Below are positions 1 to 9,516 of a stretch of DNA of 64,000 nucleotides, piece after piece. Both the position numbers and the translations under genes were made by a program. This DNA is from Candidatus Omnitrophota bacterium (GTDB lineage: Bacteria; Omnitrophota; Gorgyraeia; Zapsychrales; JAHFFX01): assembly GCA_023247725.1 (NCBI GenBank), contig JAHFFW010000008.1:7359-71358 (forward strand), written 5' to 3'. The notes beneath the pieces were generated by a model. That model worked only from the letters and a program-made list of their open reading frames with translations, did not search any database and was not told the origin of the DNA. Position 1 is the stretch's first letter. Every line of letters starts with the position of its first letter.

Positions 1-13
1 GCCATTCGACAAA

Positions 14-982
14 TTGAACGTTAAAAAGATTTTGGTCGTTTCCTTAACTAATGTGGGAGACGTCATCTTGACGTTTCCGGTTCTGGATATCTTGCTGGAA
101 GATTTTTCAGATTCGGAATTGTCCGTTGTCGTTGGCCCTAAAGCCAGGGAATTGCTGGACCAGAATCCTCTCATCAAGAACGTCTATGTCTTTGATAAGA
201 AAGGTTCTCCTCTGGAAAAATGGCGGTGGGTGAATCTTCTGCGCCAAGAGCGTTTTGATCTCGTGATTGATTTACGCCATACCGCGATTCCTTTTTTTAT
301 TGGAGCCAAATACCGGACATCATTCCGGCGGATGAATGGGAAAAAAGGGCAACACATACGGTCCCAACATCTGCGGCGGCTGCAAGAGGTTTATGATTAT
401 CGTGAGTCCGCCAATCATCGGTCGGCCTTGTATATCTCTAGTCTGGATAAGGCTGTCATTGATCAGCAATTGAAGAACTTCGAAATCGAAGACCAGCCGT
501 TTATCGTGATGTCCCCAGGAGCCGCCCATCATCTCAAATGCTGGACCCCGAGCGGATTTGCGCAGGTCGGCAATTGGCTGATGGAACGCGATCACTACAA
601 AATTGTTTTGGTGGGTGATCGCAACGAGATCTCGATGAATATCGGCATCACCGAACAGATGCGCCAGCGGGCGCTTAATTTGACGGGGAAAACAACGCTC
701 CCCCAATTGGCGGAGCTTTTGCATCGATCGGCCGGAGTTATTGCCAATGACAGCGCCGTGATGCACCTGGCCAGCTATCTGGATGTGCCGACCCTCGCCA
801 TTTTCGGCCCCACGAATGAGGCAAAGTACGGTCCATGGGGAGCGCGATGCCGAGTGATTCGGCGGGAATTGTTTTGTGCGCCCTGCGAAAAATCCGCTTG
901 TCGCTATCAGCACGAATGCATGCAGCTCTTGGACCCCAAGGATGTCTATGCCGCCTTTGAGAAGAATGTCTTGAAATCGTGA
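14..982 (+). CDS. GT9 family LPS heptosyltransferase (WaaF/WaaQ-like); frame is open to the window edge, so the start may lie upstream
   Basis: ILVVSLTNVGDVILT N-terminus, ANDSAVMHLA and LAIFGPT motifs, C-terminal CxPC...C...CM. Confidence 0.9.
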   Translation: MNVKKILVVSLTNVGDVILTFPVLDILLEDFSDSELSVVVGPKARELLDQNPLIKNVYVFDKKGSPLEKWRWVNLLRQERFDLVIDLRHTAIPFFIGAKYRTSFRRMNGKKGQHIRSQHLRRLQEVYDYRESANHRSALYISSLDKAVIDQQLKNFEIEDQPFIVMSPGAAHHLKCWTPSGFAQVGNWLMERDHYKIVLVGDRNEISMNIGITEQMRQRALNLTGKTTLPQLAELLHRSAGVIANDSAVMHLASYLDVPTLAIFGPTNEAKYGPWGARCRVIRRELFCAPCEKSACRYQHECMQLLDPKDVYAAFEKNVLKS

Positions 983-2019
983 AGATGGATTTCCGTAACA
1001 TTTTGATCATCCGAACCGATCGCGTGGGTGATGTGATTCTGACCACGCCCATGATGGCGGCCCTGCGTCAGAATTATCCAGAGGCAAGGATCAGCGTTCT
1101 TGTTTCTGTGTCGACCTTGGAACTGGTCGAGGGCAACCCGCATCTCAATGAAATCCTCGTGGATGACCGGCACGGCAAACACCAAGGATTCTGGGGATTT
1201 TTCCGGTTGGTCCGGGGGATTCGACAAAAAAATTTTGACGCGGCCTTCGTCATGCATACCAAGAACCGCACCAACAGTTTGTGTTTTTTGGCGGGAATCC
1301 CGCACCGCATCGGTTATAAAAATAAAAAATTTGGATTTCTTCTGACCGAACCCATCGCCGACACGCGCTGGCAAGGACTAAAACATGAAGTGGACTATTG
1401 TCTGGATGTTTTAAAAGAATTGGGAATCCTGAGCCGGGAATCGAACCTTTATCTATCCGTCAGCCGGTCGGCCAAAGAATGGGCCCAACGATTTTTGGAG
1501 CAAAACCAGGTGAAGGAATCCGACCGGCTGGTGGCGATTCATCCCGGCGCCAGTTGCATCTCCAAGCGCTGGAATCCTGAACGGTTCGCGGAGGTTGCAA
1601 ACGAACTGTTTGAAAAAAAAGGATTCAAAGTGATTTTGGTCGGATCCAAAGACAATAAAGACATCATTCAGAAAGTGAAAGAATCCTTCCACCATCCGGT
1701 CATCGATGCGATTGGCCAAACGACCCTCGGGCAATTGGCAGGACTGTTCGAACGCTGTCAGTTATTGATTTCCAATGATTCTGGACCGGTCCATATGGCC
1801 AGTGCCCTGGGGGTGCCGGTCATTTCCATTTTTGGCCGCAATCAAGCGGGGCTGAGTCCTATCCGGTGGGGACCATGGGGTCATAGCGGACTTGTTTTGC
1901 ATAAAGAAGTGGGTTGTCACCAATGCTTAGCCCATAACTGCCGGATCAATTTTCGTTGCCTCGATGAAATCAAACCCAAAGAGGTCTTAGAAGCTGTTGA
2001 CGCTCTATTGGCCCTGTGA
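979..2019 (+). CDS. waaF: LPS heptosyltransferase II (GT9)
   Basis: ILIIRTDRVGDVILTTP, IHPGAS...KRW, SNDSGPVHMASALG motifs. Confidence 0.85.
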   Translation: MKMDFRNILIIRTDRVGDVILTTPMMAALRQNYPEARISVLVSVSTLELVEGNPHLNEILVDDRHGKHQGFWGFFRLVRGIRQKNFDAAFVMHTKNRTNSLCFLAGIPHRIGYKNKKFGFLLTEPIADTRWQGLKHEVDYCLDVLKELGILSRESNLYLSVSRSAKEWAQRFLEQNQVKESDRLVAIHPGASCISKRWNPERFAEVANELFEKKGFKVILVGSKDNKDIIQKVKESFHHPVIDAIGQTTLGQLAGLFERCQLLISNDSGPVHMASALGVPVISIFGRNQAGLSPIRWGPWGHSGLVLHKEVGCHQCLAHNCRINFRCLDEIKPKEVLEAVDALLAL

Positions 2020-2114
2020 TAAAATCAGCCTTCGTTTTTTCTGGAAAAAATTCATTTTGAGTGTCCATGGAATTAATCCAACTCTTATAAATTTCTGCCC
2101 CGCAAAGGTTTTTC

Positions 2115-3134
2115 ATGAAACAGTATCAGGGAACGATTGCCCGGTTCCGACAGAAACAAATCCTCGTCATCGGCGACATCATGCTGGATCAATACATCTT
2201 TGGCAATGTCTCGCGGATTTCTCCCGAGGCGCCGGTGCCGATTGTTTTGCAAGAAGGATCGCAGACCTACACCCCCGGTGGTTCGGCCAATGTTGCTGCC
2301 AATCTGAGGACCCTGGGTGCGAAAGTGACTCTCATCGGCCGCATCGGCGCCGACAAAGAAGGCCAGATCCTTTTGCGGGAATTAAAAAAAAGAAAAATCG
2401 ATACCCAATCTATCGCCCTTGATCGAACCTGCCCCACCTCGCTTAAAACCAGAATTGTGGCTTCGCATCAGCAGGTCTTGCGTTTGGACCGGGAACTGAC
2501 CGAAAACTGTCCTTTACAACTGGAAGACAAAATCAAACGTTTTGTTCAATCCAATTTAAAAAAATATGACGCGGTGATTATTTCGGATTATGGCAAAGGC
2601 CTGATTAGCTCCGGCTTGGTTGAAGATATTTGTTCGCAGGCGTTATCCCGTCGGAAAATCATCACGGTGGATCCCAAGGTTGAGCATTTTAGTTTTTATC
2701 GCGGGGTGACGGCGATCACCCCCAACCGCAAAGAGGCGGAGAATGCCATCCGGGACATCAAGATCAAATATGTATCGGGCCGCAGGCTGCCGCTTCACCG
2801 TGACCAGCTTCAAACCGACGCCGACATTGACGAGGCGGGAAAGGCCTTGTTGAATTATTTGAATCTGGAAAGCCTCTTGATCACGCTGGGCGAACAGGGA
2901 ATGAGGCTGTTTGAACGAGGAAAAAAACCTATTCATATTAACACCAAGGCTCAGGAAGTGTTTGATGTCACTGGCGCTGGCGATACGGTCATTGCGGTTT
3001 TTACTTTAGCCTTGACGGCTGGCGCAGATAAGCATCAGGCTGCGGATATTGCCAATTATGCGGCTGGGATTGTGGTCGGACACCGAGGGGCGGTTGCGAT
3101 CAGTCCTAAGGAGCTTACAGAGGTGATTCCATGA
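2115..3134 (+). CDS. rfaE1: D-glycero-beta-D-manno-heptose-7-phosphate kinase (HldE domain I / HldA)
   Basis: GDIMLDQY, RISPEAPVP, SDYGKG, DVTGAGDTV PfkB motifs; no nucleotidyltransferase domain. Confidence 0.95.
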   Translation: MKQYQGTIARFRQKQILVIGDIMLDQYIFGNVSRISPEAPVPIVLQEGSQTYTPGGSANVAANLRTLGAKVTLIGRIGADKEGQILLRELKKRKIDTQSIALDRTCPTSLKTRIVASHQQVLRLDRELTENCPLQLEDKIKRFVQSNLKKYDAVIISDYGKGLISSGLVEDICSQALSRRKIITVDPKVEHFSFYRGVTAITPNRKEAENAIRDIKIKYVSGRRLPLHRDQLQTDADIDEAGKALLNYLNLESLLITLGEQGMRLFERGKKPIHINTKAQEVFDVTGAGDTVIAVFTLALTAGADKHQAADIANYAAGIVVGHRGAVAISPKELTEVIP

Positions 3135-3898
3135 AATTTGGAAAAGGAAAAGAGACGATCATCGGAGTCATTCCAGCCAGATACGGGTCCACACGACTTT
3201 CCGGAAAAGTGCTTTTGCCCATTGCGGGAAAGCCAATGATCCAGCACGTTTGGGAAAGGGCTAAAAGAAGCCAAATGCTGGATCAACTTCTCATCGCTTG
3301 CGATGACAAAAGGATATTCGACGTGGCCAAGGGATTTGGGGCTGCGGCCGTTATGACCTCAACAGATCATGTATCTGGTACCGACCGGCTCGCGGAGGCC
3401 GTTGAGGATTTGGACTTTGACATTATCGTCAATATTCAGGCGGATGAACCCCTCATCCAGCCTTGCGTCATTGATGATCTGGCCTATGCCCTGACCCGTT
3501 ATGATTGCCCCATGGCCACTGTTATCTCCGACAACTTATTCGGAGAAGAATTGACGAGCCCCGACGTTGTCAAGGCGGTCATTGACCGCAACCATGATGT
3601 GGTTTACTTTTCTCGTTCGCTCATCCCGTTTGAACGCAAGAAAGGGACTAGAACACCCTATTACAAGCATTTGGGCATTTATGCCTACCGGAAAGAATTT
3701 CTGCTCAAGTTCAAACAACTTCCTCATTCTTTTCTGGAGCAGGCGGAAGAATTAGAGCAACTTCGCGCTTTGGAATGGGGATATAAGATCAAAGCAGTCT
3801 TGACAGATGTGGAAACCATCGGTGTCGATGTCGAGCAAGATTTGCAGAAAGTGGAAGAATTTTTGAAAAAAGAGGCGAGGCTTGCCAAACTCAGTTAG
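3131..3898 (+). CDS. kdsB: 3-deoxy-manno-octulosonate cytidylyltransferase
   Basis: IPARYGSTRL, SGTDRL, HLGIYAY, LEQLRALE. Confidence 0.96.
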   Translation: MKFGKGKETIIGVIPARYGSTRLSGKVLLPIAGKPMIQHVWERAKRSQMLDQLLIACDDKRIFDVAKGFGAAAVMTSTDHVSGTDRLAEAVEDLDFDIIVNIQADEPLIQPCVIDDLAYALTRYDCPMATVISDNLFGEELTSPDVVKAVIDRNHDVVYFSRSLIPFERKKGTRTPYYKHLGIYAYRKEFLLKFKQLPHSFLEQAEELEQLRALEWGYKIKAVLTDVETIGVDVEQDLQKVEEFLKKEARLAKLS

Positions 3899-3969
3899 TG
3901 TGGGATGGGTTAAAACAGGCAACGGTGTGCGGCGCGTGTTCATCGCCGGTCCCAAAAAGGAATGATCGC

Positions 3970-4800
3970 ATGCCTAAGGCGGTTAAAATTGATAAAATCT
4001 CGATCGGCGGAAAAGGCCGGTTGGGTCTCATCGCCGGTCCCTGTGTCATCGAAAATAAAGACCTCACCTTCAAAATCACCGGGACGCTAAAAAAAATCAC
4101 GACCCAGCTGGGAATTCCTTTCATTTTCAAGGCCAGCTACGACAAGGGGAATCGGACTTCCGTGTCGTCATATCGCGGCCTGGGGTTGAAAGAAGGCCTG
4201 GCTATTCTTCGGGAGGTGAAACAAAAATTTCAGGTGCCCATCTTAAGCGATGTGCACTCGGTGGCCGAAGTCAAATTGGCCGCCGGGATTTTGGATGTCA
4301 TCCAGATTCCTGCCTTTCTTTGCCGGCAAACCGACCTTTTGCTCGCGGCTGGTTCGACGCAAAAACCAGTGAACATCAAGAAGGGACAGTTTTTGGCGCC
4401 TTGGGACATCGAACAGGTGGTTAAAAAAATTGAATCGACGGGCAATCGGAATATTTTATTGACCGAACGCGGCGTGAGTTTTGGCTACAACCAATTGGTT
4501 TCCGATTTTCGTTCCCTGGCCATTATGCGCAAGACCGGTTATCCGGTTGTCTTTGACGCCTCGCACAGTGTGCAGGAACCGGGCGGGTTGGGAAAGGCGT
4601 CGGGCGGAAATAGTGAGTTCATTCCCTTACTAGCGCGCTGTGCGGTTGCCGCCGGCTGTGATGCCGTCTTTATGGAGGTTCATCCTTTTCCGCCCAAGGC
4701 ACTTTCCGACGGGCCCAACATGCTGCGGCTGGATTTGGTCAAAGGGCTTTTGGAGGAATTGAAAGCCATTGATTCAATCGTCAGGCAAAAAAAGGTTTGA
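3970..4800 (+). CDS. kdsA: KDO-8-phosphate synthase (start moved to ATG 3970)
   Basis: IAGPCVIE, KASYDK.NRTS, QIPAFLCRQTDLL, KKGQF, SDGPN. Confidence 0.96.
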   Translation: MPKAVKIDKISIGGKGRLGLIAGPCVIENKDLTFKITGTLKKITTQLGIPFIFKASYDKGNRTSVSSYRGLGLKEGLAILREVKQKFQVPILSDVHSVAEVKLAAGILDVIQIPAFLCRQTDLLLAAGSTQKPVNIKKGQFLAPWDIEQVVKKIESTGNRNILLTERGVSFGYNQLVSDFRSLAIMRKTGYPVVFDASHSVQEPGGLGKASGGNSEFIPLLARCAVAAGCDAVFMEVHPFPPKALSDGPNMLRLDLVKGLLEELKAIDSIVRQKKV

Positions 4801-4818
4801 TCCAGTTTCAAGGAAGGT

Positions 4819-5775
4819 ATGTCCATAAAATTGGCCAAAGACGTTATCCGGATTGAAGCCCAGGCCGTACAGGCCCTGAGTCGCTCCATCGACGGGCAAT
4901 TTTTAAAAGCGATCGACATGATTGCCAAATGCCGCGGCCGGGTGATTGTCACCGGCATGGGCAAGGCGGGAATTATCGGCCGTAAGATTGCCGCCACATT
5001 TTCTTCCACGGGAACTCCCAGCATTTGGATGCACAGTGCCGAGGCCGAACACGGTGACCTGGGTCAAGTGACAAAAAATGATATCCTGATGTTATTGTCG
5101 AATAGCGGCGAGACCGACGAAACCAAACGCCTGCTGCCGCTCATCAAAAAAATTGGCGCCAAATCGATTGCGTTAACCGGCAATCCGCGGTCGTCTTTGG
5201 CGAAATACAGCGACGTGGTCCTTGATGTCAGCGTGCGCAAGGAAGGATGTCCATTGGGCCTGGCTCCCATGGCTTCGACGACGGTGACTTTGGTCATGGG
5301 CGATTGTCTGGCGGCGTGTTTGATTGAACGCAAAGGATTTCAGAAAGAAGATTTTGCCTTTTATCATCCTGCCGGAACGTTAGGAAAAAAACTTTTGCTC
5401 AAAGTGGAAGACATCATGCGTACGGGTGCAACCCTGGCCCGGGTTCGTCCGCAGATGAAGGTGAAGGAAGTCCTTTTGGCGATCACTCAGTCCCGCTGTG
5501 GCTCAGCTTGCGTGGTGGATGGGCGCAATCGGCTTTTGGGAATTTTTACCGACGGTGATCTGCGCCGGCATCTGGAAACCGATCCGACCTTAACTGATCG
5601 GCCAGTCAGGGAGGTCATGACCAAAGATCCTCTGACCATCGAAAAAGACAAGTTGGCCCTCGAGGCCGCGCATCTTCTTCAAGAAAAAAGGATTGATGAG
5701 CTGCCGGTTGTGGCCAACGGCAGGCTCGTGGGTCTTCTCGATGTGCAGGATTTACTGAAGACGGGTTTGATTTGA
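4819..5775 (+). CDS. kdsD: Arabinose-5-phosphate isomerase (SIS + CBS pair)
   Basis: VTGMGKAG, HGDLG, HPAGTLG, GIFTDGDLRR. Confidence 0.95.
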   Translation: MSIKLAKDVIRIEAQAVQALSRSIDGQFLKAIDMIAKCRGRVIVTGMGKAGIIGRKIAATFSSTGTPSIWMHSAEAEHGDLGQVTKNDILMLLSNSGETDETKRLLPLIKKIGAKSIALTGNPRSSLAKYSDVVLDVSVRKEGCPLGLAPMASTTVTLVMGDCLAACLIERKGFQKEDFAFYHPAGTLGKKLLLKVEDIMRTGATLARVRPQMKVKEVLLAITQSRCGSACVVDGRNRLLGIFTDGDLRRHLETDPTLTDRPVREVMTKDPLTIEKDKLALEAAHLLQEKRIDELPVVANGRLVGLLDVQDLLKTGLI

Positions 5776-6293
5776 AAGATAAGCTTAAAAAAATTAAACT
5801 TCTGATTATGGATGTCGACGGGATTTTGACCGATGGCCGCATTGTCATGGATGATGAGGGGCGAGAAACAAAATTTTTTGATGTGCGCGACGGGTTTGGG
5901 ATTGTGATGTTTCGCAAAGCCGGTTTTAAAACCGCCATCATCAGCGCCCGGCCATCCAGGACCATTTTGCATCGCGCCAAAGATCTTTCCATTGACAAAG
6001 TGGTGACCGACACCTATCCCAAAATCGGGGCTTATGAATCCATGTTGAAGGAATTTGGCTTCAAGGATGAAGAGGCTTGTTATATGGGAGATGATTTACC
6101 CGATTTGGACATCATGCAAAAGGTCGGTTTTGCGGTGAGTGTTCCCGACGGGCGTCCTGAAGTTCGGCAATCCGCTCATTACGTGACCACGCACCGTGGA
6201 GGCCGTGGCGCCGTGCGGGAAGTGATTGAAATGATCATGAAGGCCCAGACATTGTGGAATTGGCCGGTCGCGAAAGAAAAGAGAAAGAAATGA
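5772..6293 (+). CDS. kdsC: KDO-8-phosphate phosphatase (HAD)
   Basis: MDVDGILTDG, GDDLPD, GGRGAVRE. Confidence 0.95.
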   Translation: MKDKLKKIKLLIMDVDGILTDGRIVMDDEGRETKFFDVRDGFGIVMFRKAGFKTAIISARPSRTILHRAKDLSIDKVVTDTYPKIGAYESMLKEFGFKDEEACYMGDDLPDLDIMQKVGFAVSVPDGRPEVRQSAHYVTTHRGGRGAVREVIEMIMKAQTLWNWPVAKEKRKK

Positions 6294-7105
6294 AAAAGAC
6301 AGTCCTATTGGTTATTTGTTTTTTAGGGACGACGTTGGCTTTTGCCGAGGAGTCGGCCCAGCAGTTTGAAGGATTCACTCTGGATGGTTATTCCGACGGA
6401 GGACGCAAATCCTGGGATGTCAAAGGCGATTCGGCCAACATCGAAGGCAGCAACATCAATATGACCAACGTCAACGCCAATTCCTATGGCGATGAAAAGG
6501 TCAATCTCAAGGCCAAGACCGGCACGGTCAATAAAGATACTGGGAAGATGCATTTAGAGAAAGATGTGGTCATTACAACGGAAACCGGCTCACAACTCAA
6601 AACCGACGAGCTCAACTGGGAAAGGGAAAAGGATCTGGTCACGACGGATAAAAAAGTGACCTTGACCCGGGATGAAATCGTCGCCGAGGCCATGGGCGCC
6701 ATTGCTCATCCAAATCTCAAAACCGCCCAGATGAATGAGGACGTCACGGTGAAGGTGAAAACTGATCCAAAGGTACCCGGCGGAAGAATTCTCACCATCA
6801 CCTGCGATGGGCCTCTCGAGGTCGATCAGGTCGGGCAAAAGGCCGTGTTCAACCATAATGTGCTGGCGGTTCAGGAAGGGCGGGAATTACGCTCCGATAA
6901 AGCGGAATTGTATTTTGATACCCAGACCAAACAAATCAAACAGATGATTTGCACCGGGCATGTTTCCATCAAGCAGGGCGAAAACGTGACCTATTCCGAA
7001 ATGGCAATCTATCGCGCCGGGGAGCAACGGCTGACCCTTTCTGGTCAGCCCAAACTGATTCTGGAAATCAACGGAGAAAACAGCTTTGCACCTCTTGGAA
7101 ACTAA
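6290..7105 (+). CDS. Periplasmic LPS export beta-jellyroll protein, probable LptC-LptA(OstA) fusion
   Basis: Signal peptide; LptC-like W.V.G..A and L.TDEL.W segments, then OstA-like AVFNHNV...TGHV.I.QG...LTLSGQP; lies between kdsC and lptB. Confidence 0.75.
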   Translation: MKKTVLLVICFLGTTLAFAEESAQQFEGFTLDGYSDGGRKSWDVKGDSANIEGSNINMTNVNANSYGDEKVNLKAKTGTVNKDTGKMHLEKDVVITTETGSQLKTDELNWEREKDLVTTDKKVTLTRDEIVAEAMGAIAHPNLKTAQMNEDVTVKVKTDPKVPGGRILTITCDGPLEVDQVGQKAVFNHNVLAVQEGRELRSDKAELYFDTQTKQIKQMICTGHVSIKQGENVTYSEMAIYRAGEQRLTLSGQPKLILEINGENSFAPLGN

Positions 7106-7808
7106 AGGGCTCGTCAAAAGTTACGGGGGCCGTCGGGTCGTGGATGGATTGAGCATTTCCGTCGGGCGCTCGGAAATCGTCGGATTGCTAGGCCCCAACG
7201 GAGCGGGAAAAACCACGACCTTTTATATGGCGGTCGGCATCATCAGCCCGGATGAAGGCAAGATCCTTTTCGATCAGGACGACATTACCCGTAAACCCAT
7301 CCATGACCGCTGCCGGCTGGGAATGGGTTATTTGGCTCAGGAGCCTTCGATCTTCCGGAAATTAACCGTTGCCGAAAACATCATGGCCATACTGGAAACC
7401 CTTCGCTTAAGTCCCCGGGAACGGCGTCGGCGGTTGAATTCGCTTCTCGAGGAGCTGAAAATTGCGCATCTTGCGAAGAGTAAGGCCTACACGCTTTCCG
7501 GCGGAGAACGGCGGCGTTTGGAAATCACCCGGGCCCTGGTCACGAATCCTTCATTTTTGCTTTTGGATGAACCTTTTTCCGGCATCGATCCGATTGTGGT
7601 GGCCGAAGCGCAGGAAATCATTAAGGGATTAAAAAATCGCGGTTTGGGGATTCTGTTGACCGATCATAATGTGAGGGAAACTCTTTCCATCACGGACAGG
7701 GCTTATTTGATCGCCGAGGGAAGAGTCCTTATTTCCGGTTCCGCTCAGGATTTGATCAACGATCCAAGGGCACGGAAGATTTATTTGGGGGAGAAGTTTA
7801 GCATGTAG
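7086..7808 (+). CDS. lptB: LPS export ABC transporter ATPase
   Basis: GPNGAGKTT, YLAQEPSIFRKL, LSGGERRR, LLDEPF, TDHNVRETL. Confidence 0.96.
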   Translation: MHLLETKGLVKSYGGRRVVDGLSISVGRSEIVGLLGPNGAGKTTTFYMAVGIISPDEGKILFDQDDITRKPIHDRCRLGMGYLAQEPSIFRKLTVAENIMAILETLRLSPRERRRRLNSLLEELKIAHLAKSKAYTLSGGERRRLEITRALVTNPSFLLLDEPFSGIDPIVVAEAQEIIKGLKNRGLGILLTDHNVRETLSITDRAYLIAEGRVLISGSAQDLINDPRARKIYLGEKFSM

Positions 7809-7908
7809 GGATTTAGGGATTAAGGGGATTAGGGATTTGGGGGGTTGGGGAATAAGGTTGATTGAATAACCCCCAACCCCCCCAAATCCCTAAATCCCAA
7901 GATCCCCC
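7808..7908. repeat. Inverted pair of short tandem arrays (GGGATTT(A)-like units followed by AAATCCC-like units) forming a long G/C hairpin
   Basis: gggatttagggattaaggggattagggatttggggggttgggg ... cccccaacccccccaaatccctaaatcccaagatccccc. Confidence 0.9.
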
Positions 7909-7923
7909 AAGGAGCACTCACTC

Positions 7924-8814
7924 ATGAAACTCGAAGTCAAAAAAATTGATGCCACCAAACGAGAATTGAAATTTGAAATCCCGCCGGAGCGGGTTTCTCA
8001 GGCTCTAGAGGAAGTTTATAAAGAGATTGGCAAAGTCGCCAAGGTGCAGGGTTTTCGGCCAGGCAAGGCGCCTCGGCAAATTATTCAGAAGGAACACGGA
8101 AACCTTGCCCAAGAAGAGGTGATCAAGAAGCTCATTCCGGAAGTTTATGAGGAAGGATTGAAACAACACAATATCTCTCCCATGGATTACCCGCAGATCA
8201 ACGATGTTTCGCTCAAGGATGGGAGGCTATTTTTTACGGCCGTATTGGACATCAAACCTGAGATCAAACTCCAAGAGTATAAAGGAATCAAGGTTCAACG
8301 AAAAAGTTCGCAAGTGACCGACGAGGAAATCAACAAAACCCTCGAAATCTTTAAAAAGGGAAAAGGCGAGGCGCAAGACGCACCGTTGGACGACAATTTT
8401 GCCAAAGGGTTGGGTTACCCGACCATCGTGGAATTTACGACATTCTTGAAACGCCAGATGGAAATGGACAAGGACCGGCAAAATCGCATCGACGTGGAAA
8501 ACCAGATCCTGGAGACCCTGCTTAAGGAAAATTCTTTCGCCGTACCGGCCTCCGCTGCGAAAAAACAGCTGGAGCACTTAGTTCAGGAAAACATCCGGCA
8601 CCTGAAAAGCCGCCGCGTTCCCGAGGAGGAAATCAAAAAGAGAGAAGAGGGACTTTATAAAAACCTCAAACCGGTCGCCGAGCGCGATATCAAACTGTTC
8701 TTGATCCTGGAAAAAATTGCCGAACTGGAAAATATTACGATCGGCGAAAAAGAAAGCCTGCCACAAAAGGTGATTGAATTCTTATTAAAGAATGCCCAGT
8801 GGCAAGAGGAATAA
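7924..8814 (+). CDS. tig: Trigger factor, short form lacking the FKBP PPIase domain
   Basis: GFRPGKAP ribosome-binding motif; directly upstream of clpP; 296 aa. Confidence 0.9.
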   Translation: MKLEVKKIDATKRELKFEIPPERVSQALEEVYKEIGKVAKVQGFRPGKAPRQIIQKEHGNLAQEEVIKKLIPEVYEEGLKQHNISPMDYPQINDVSLKDGRLFFTAVLDIKPEIKLQEYKGIKVQRKSSQVTDEEINKTLEIFKKGKGEAQDAPLDDNFAKGLGYPTIVEFTTFLKRQMEMDKDRQNRIDVENQILETLLKENSFAVPASAAKKQLEHLVQENIRHLKSRRVPEEEIKKREEGLYKNLKPVAERDIKLFLILEKIAELENITIGEKESLPQKVIEFLLKNAQWQEE

Positions 8815-8871
8815 CGAGACCCAATTCGCATCCCGATGATGGAAATTAACGCTTGATAAAAGGAGACGCTT

Positions 8872-9480
8872 ATGGACATTCGAAACCAAATCCTTGTTCC
8901 CATGGTCATCGAAAAAACTGGTCATGCCGAACGGGCTTACGATATCTATTCCCGGTTGCTAAAAGACCGAATCATTTTTATCGGAACCGCGATCGATGAT
9001 ACTGTTTCGAACCTGGTCATCGCCCAGCTTTTGTTTTTGCAGTCCGAGGATTCGAACAAGGACATCAATGTCTATATCAACAGTCCGGGTGGTTCGGTCA
9101 CGGCCGGGCTCGCCATTTATGATACGATGCAGTTTTTAAAACCCGACGTGAATACCTATTGCGTGGGCCAGGCCGCCAGCATGGGGGCGGTCCTTCTGGC
9201 GGCGGGAACGAAGGGCAAGCGGTTTGCGCTTCCCTATTCACGGATCATGATTCATCAGCCCTGGGGAGGAACGCAAGGAACCGCGAGCGATATTTCGATC
9301 CAGGCCAAGGAAATTCTTCGCGTCAAGGAAGAGTTGAATCAAATCCTGGCCCTGCATACGGGCCAACCCCTCCAAAGGATTCAAGTGGATTCCGACCGGG
9401 ATTTTTTTATGACGTCGCGCGAGGCGAAGGCCTATGGATTGGTCGATGAGGTGATCGTCAATCCCAGTAAAAAGGTTTAA
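8872..9480 (+). CDS. clpP: ATP-dependent Clp protease proteolytic subunit
   Basis: [35 protein letters not shown]. Confidence 0.97.
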   Translation: MDIRNQILVPMVIEKTGHAERAYDIYSRLLKDRIIFIGTAIDDTVSNLVIAQLLFLQSEDSNKDINVYINSPGGSVTAGLAIYDTMQFLKPDVNTYCVGQAASMGAVLLAAGTKGKRFALPYSRIMIHQPWGGTQGTASDISIQAKEILRVKEELNQILALHTGQPLQRIQVDSDRDFFMTSREAKAYGLVDEVIVNPSKKV

Positions 9481-9516
9481 GCTGCTTTCAAGAAGAAAGG
9501 ATCAAAGGAAACGGCA

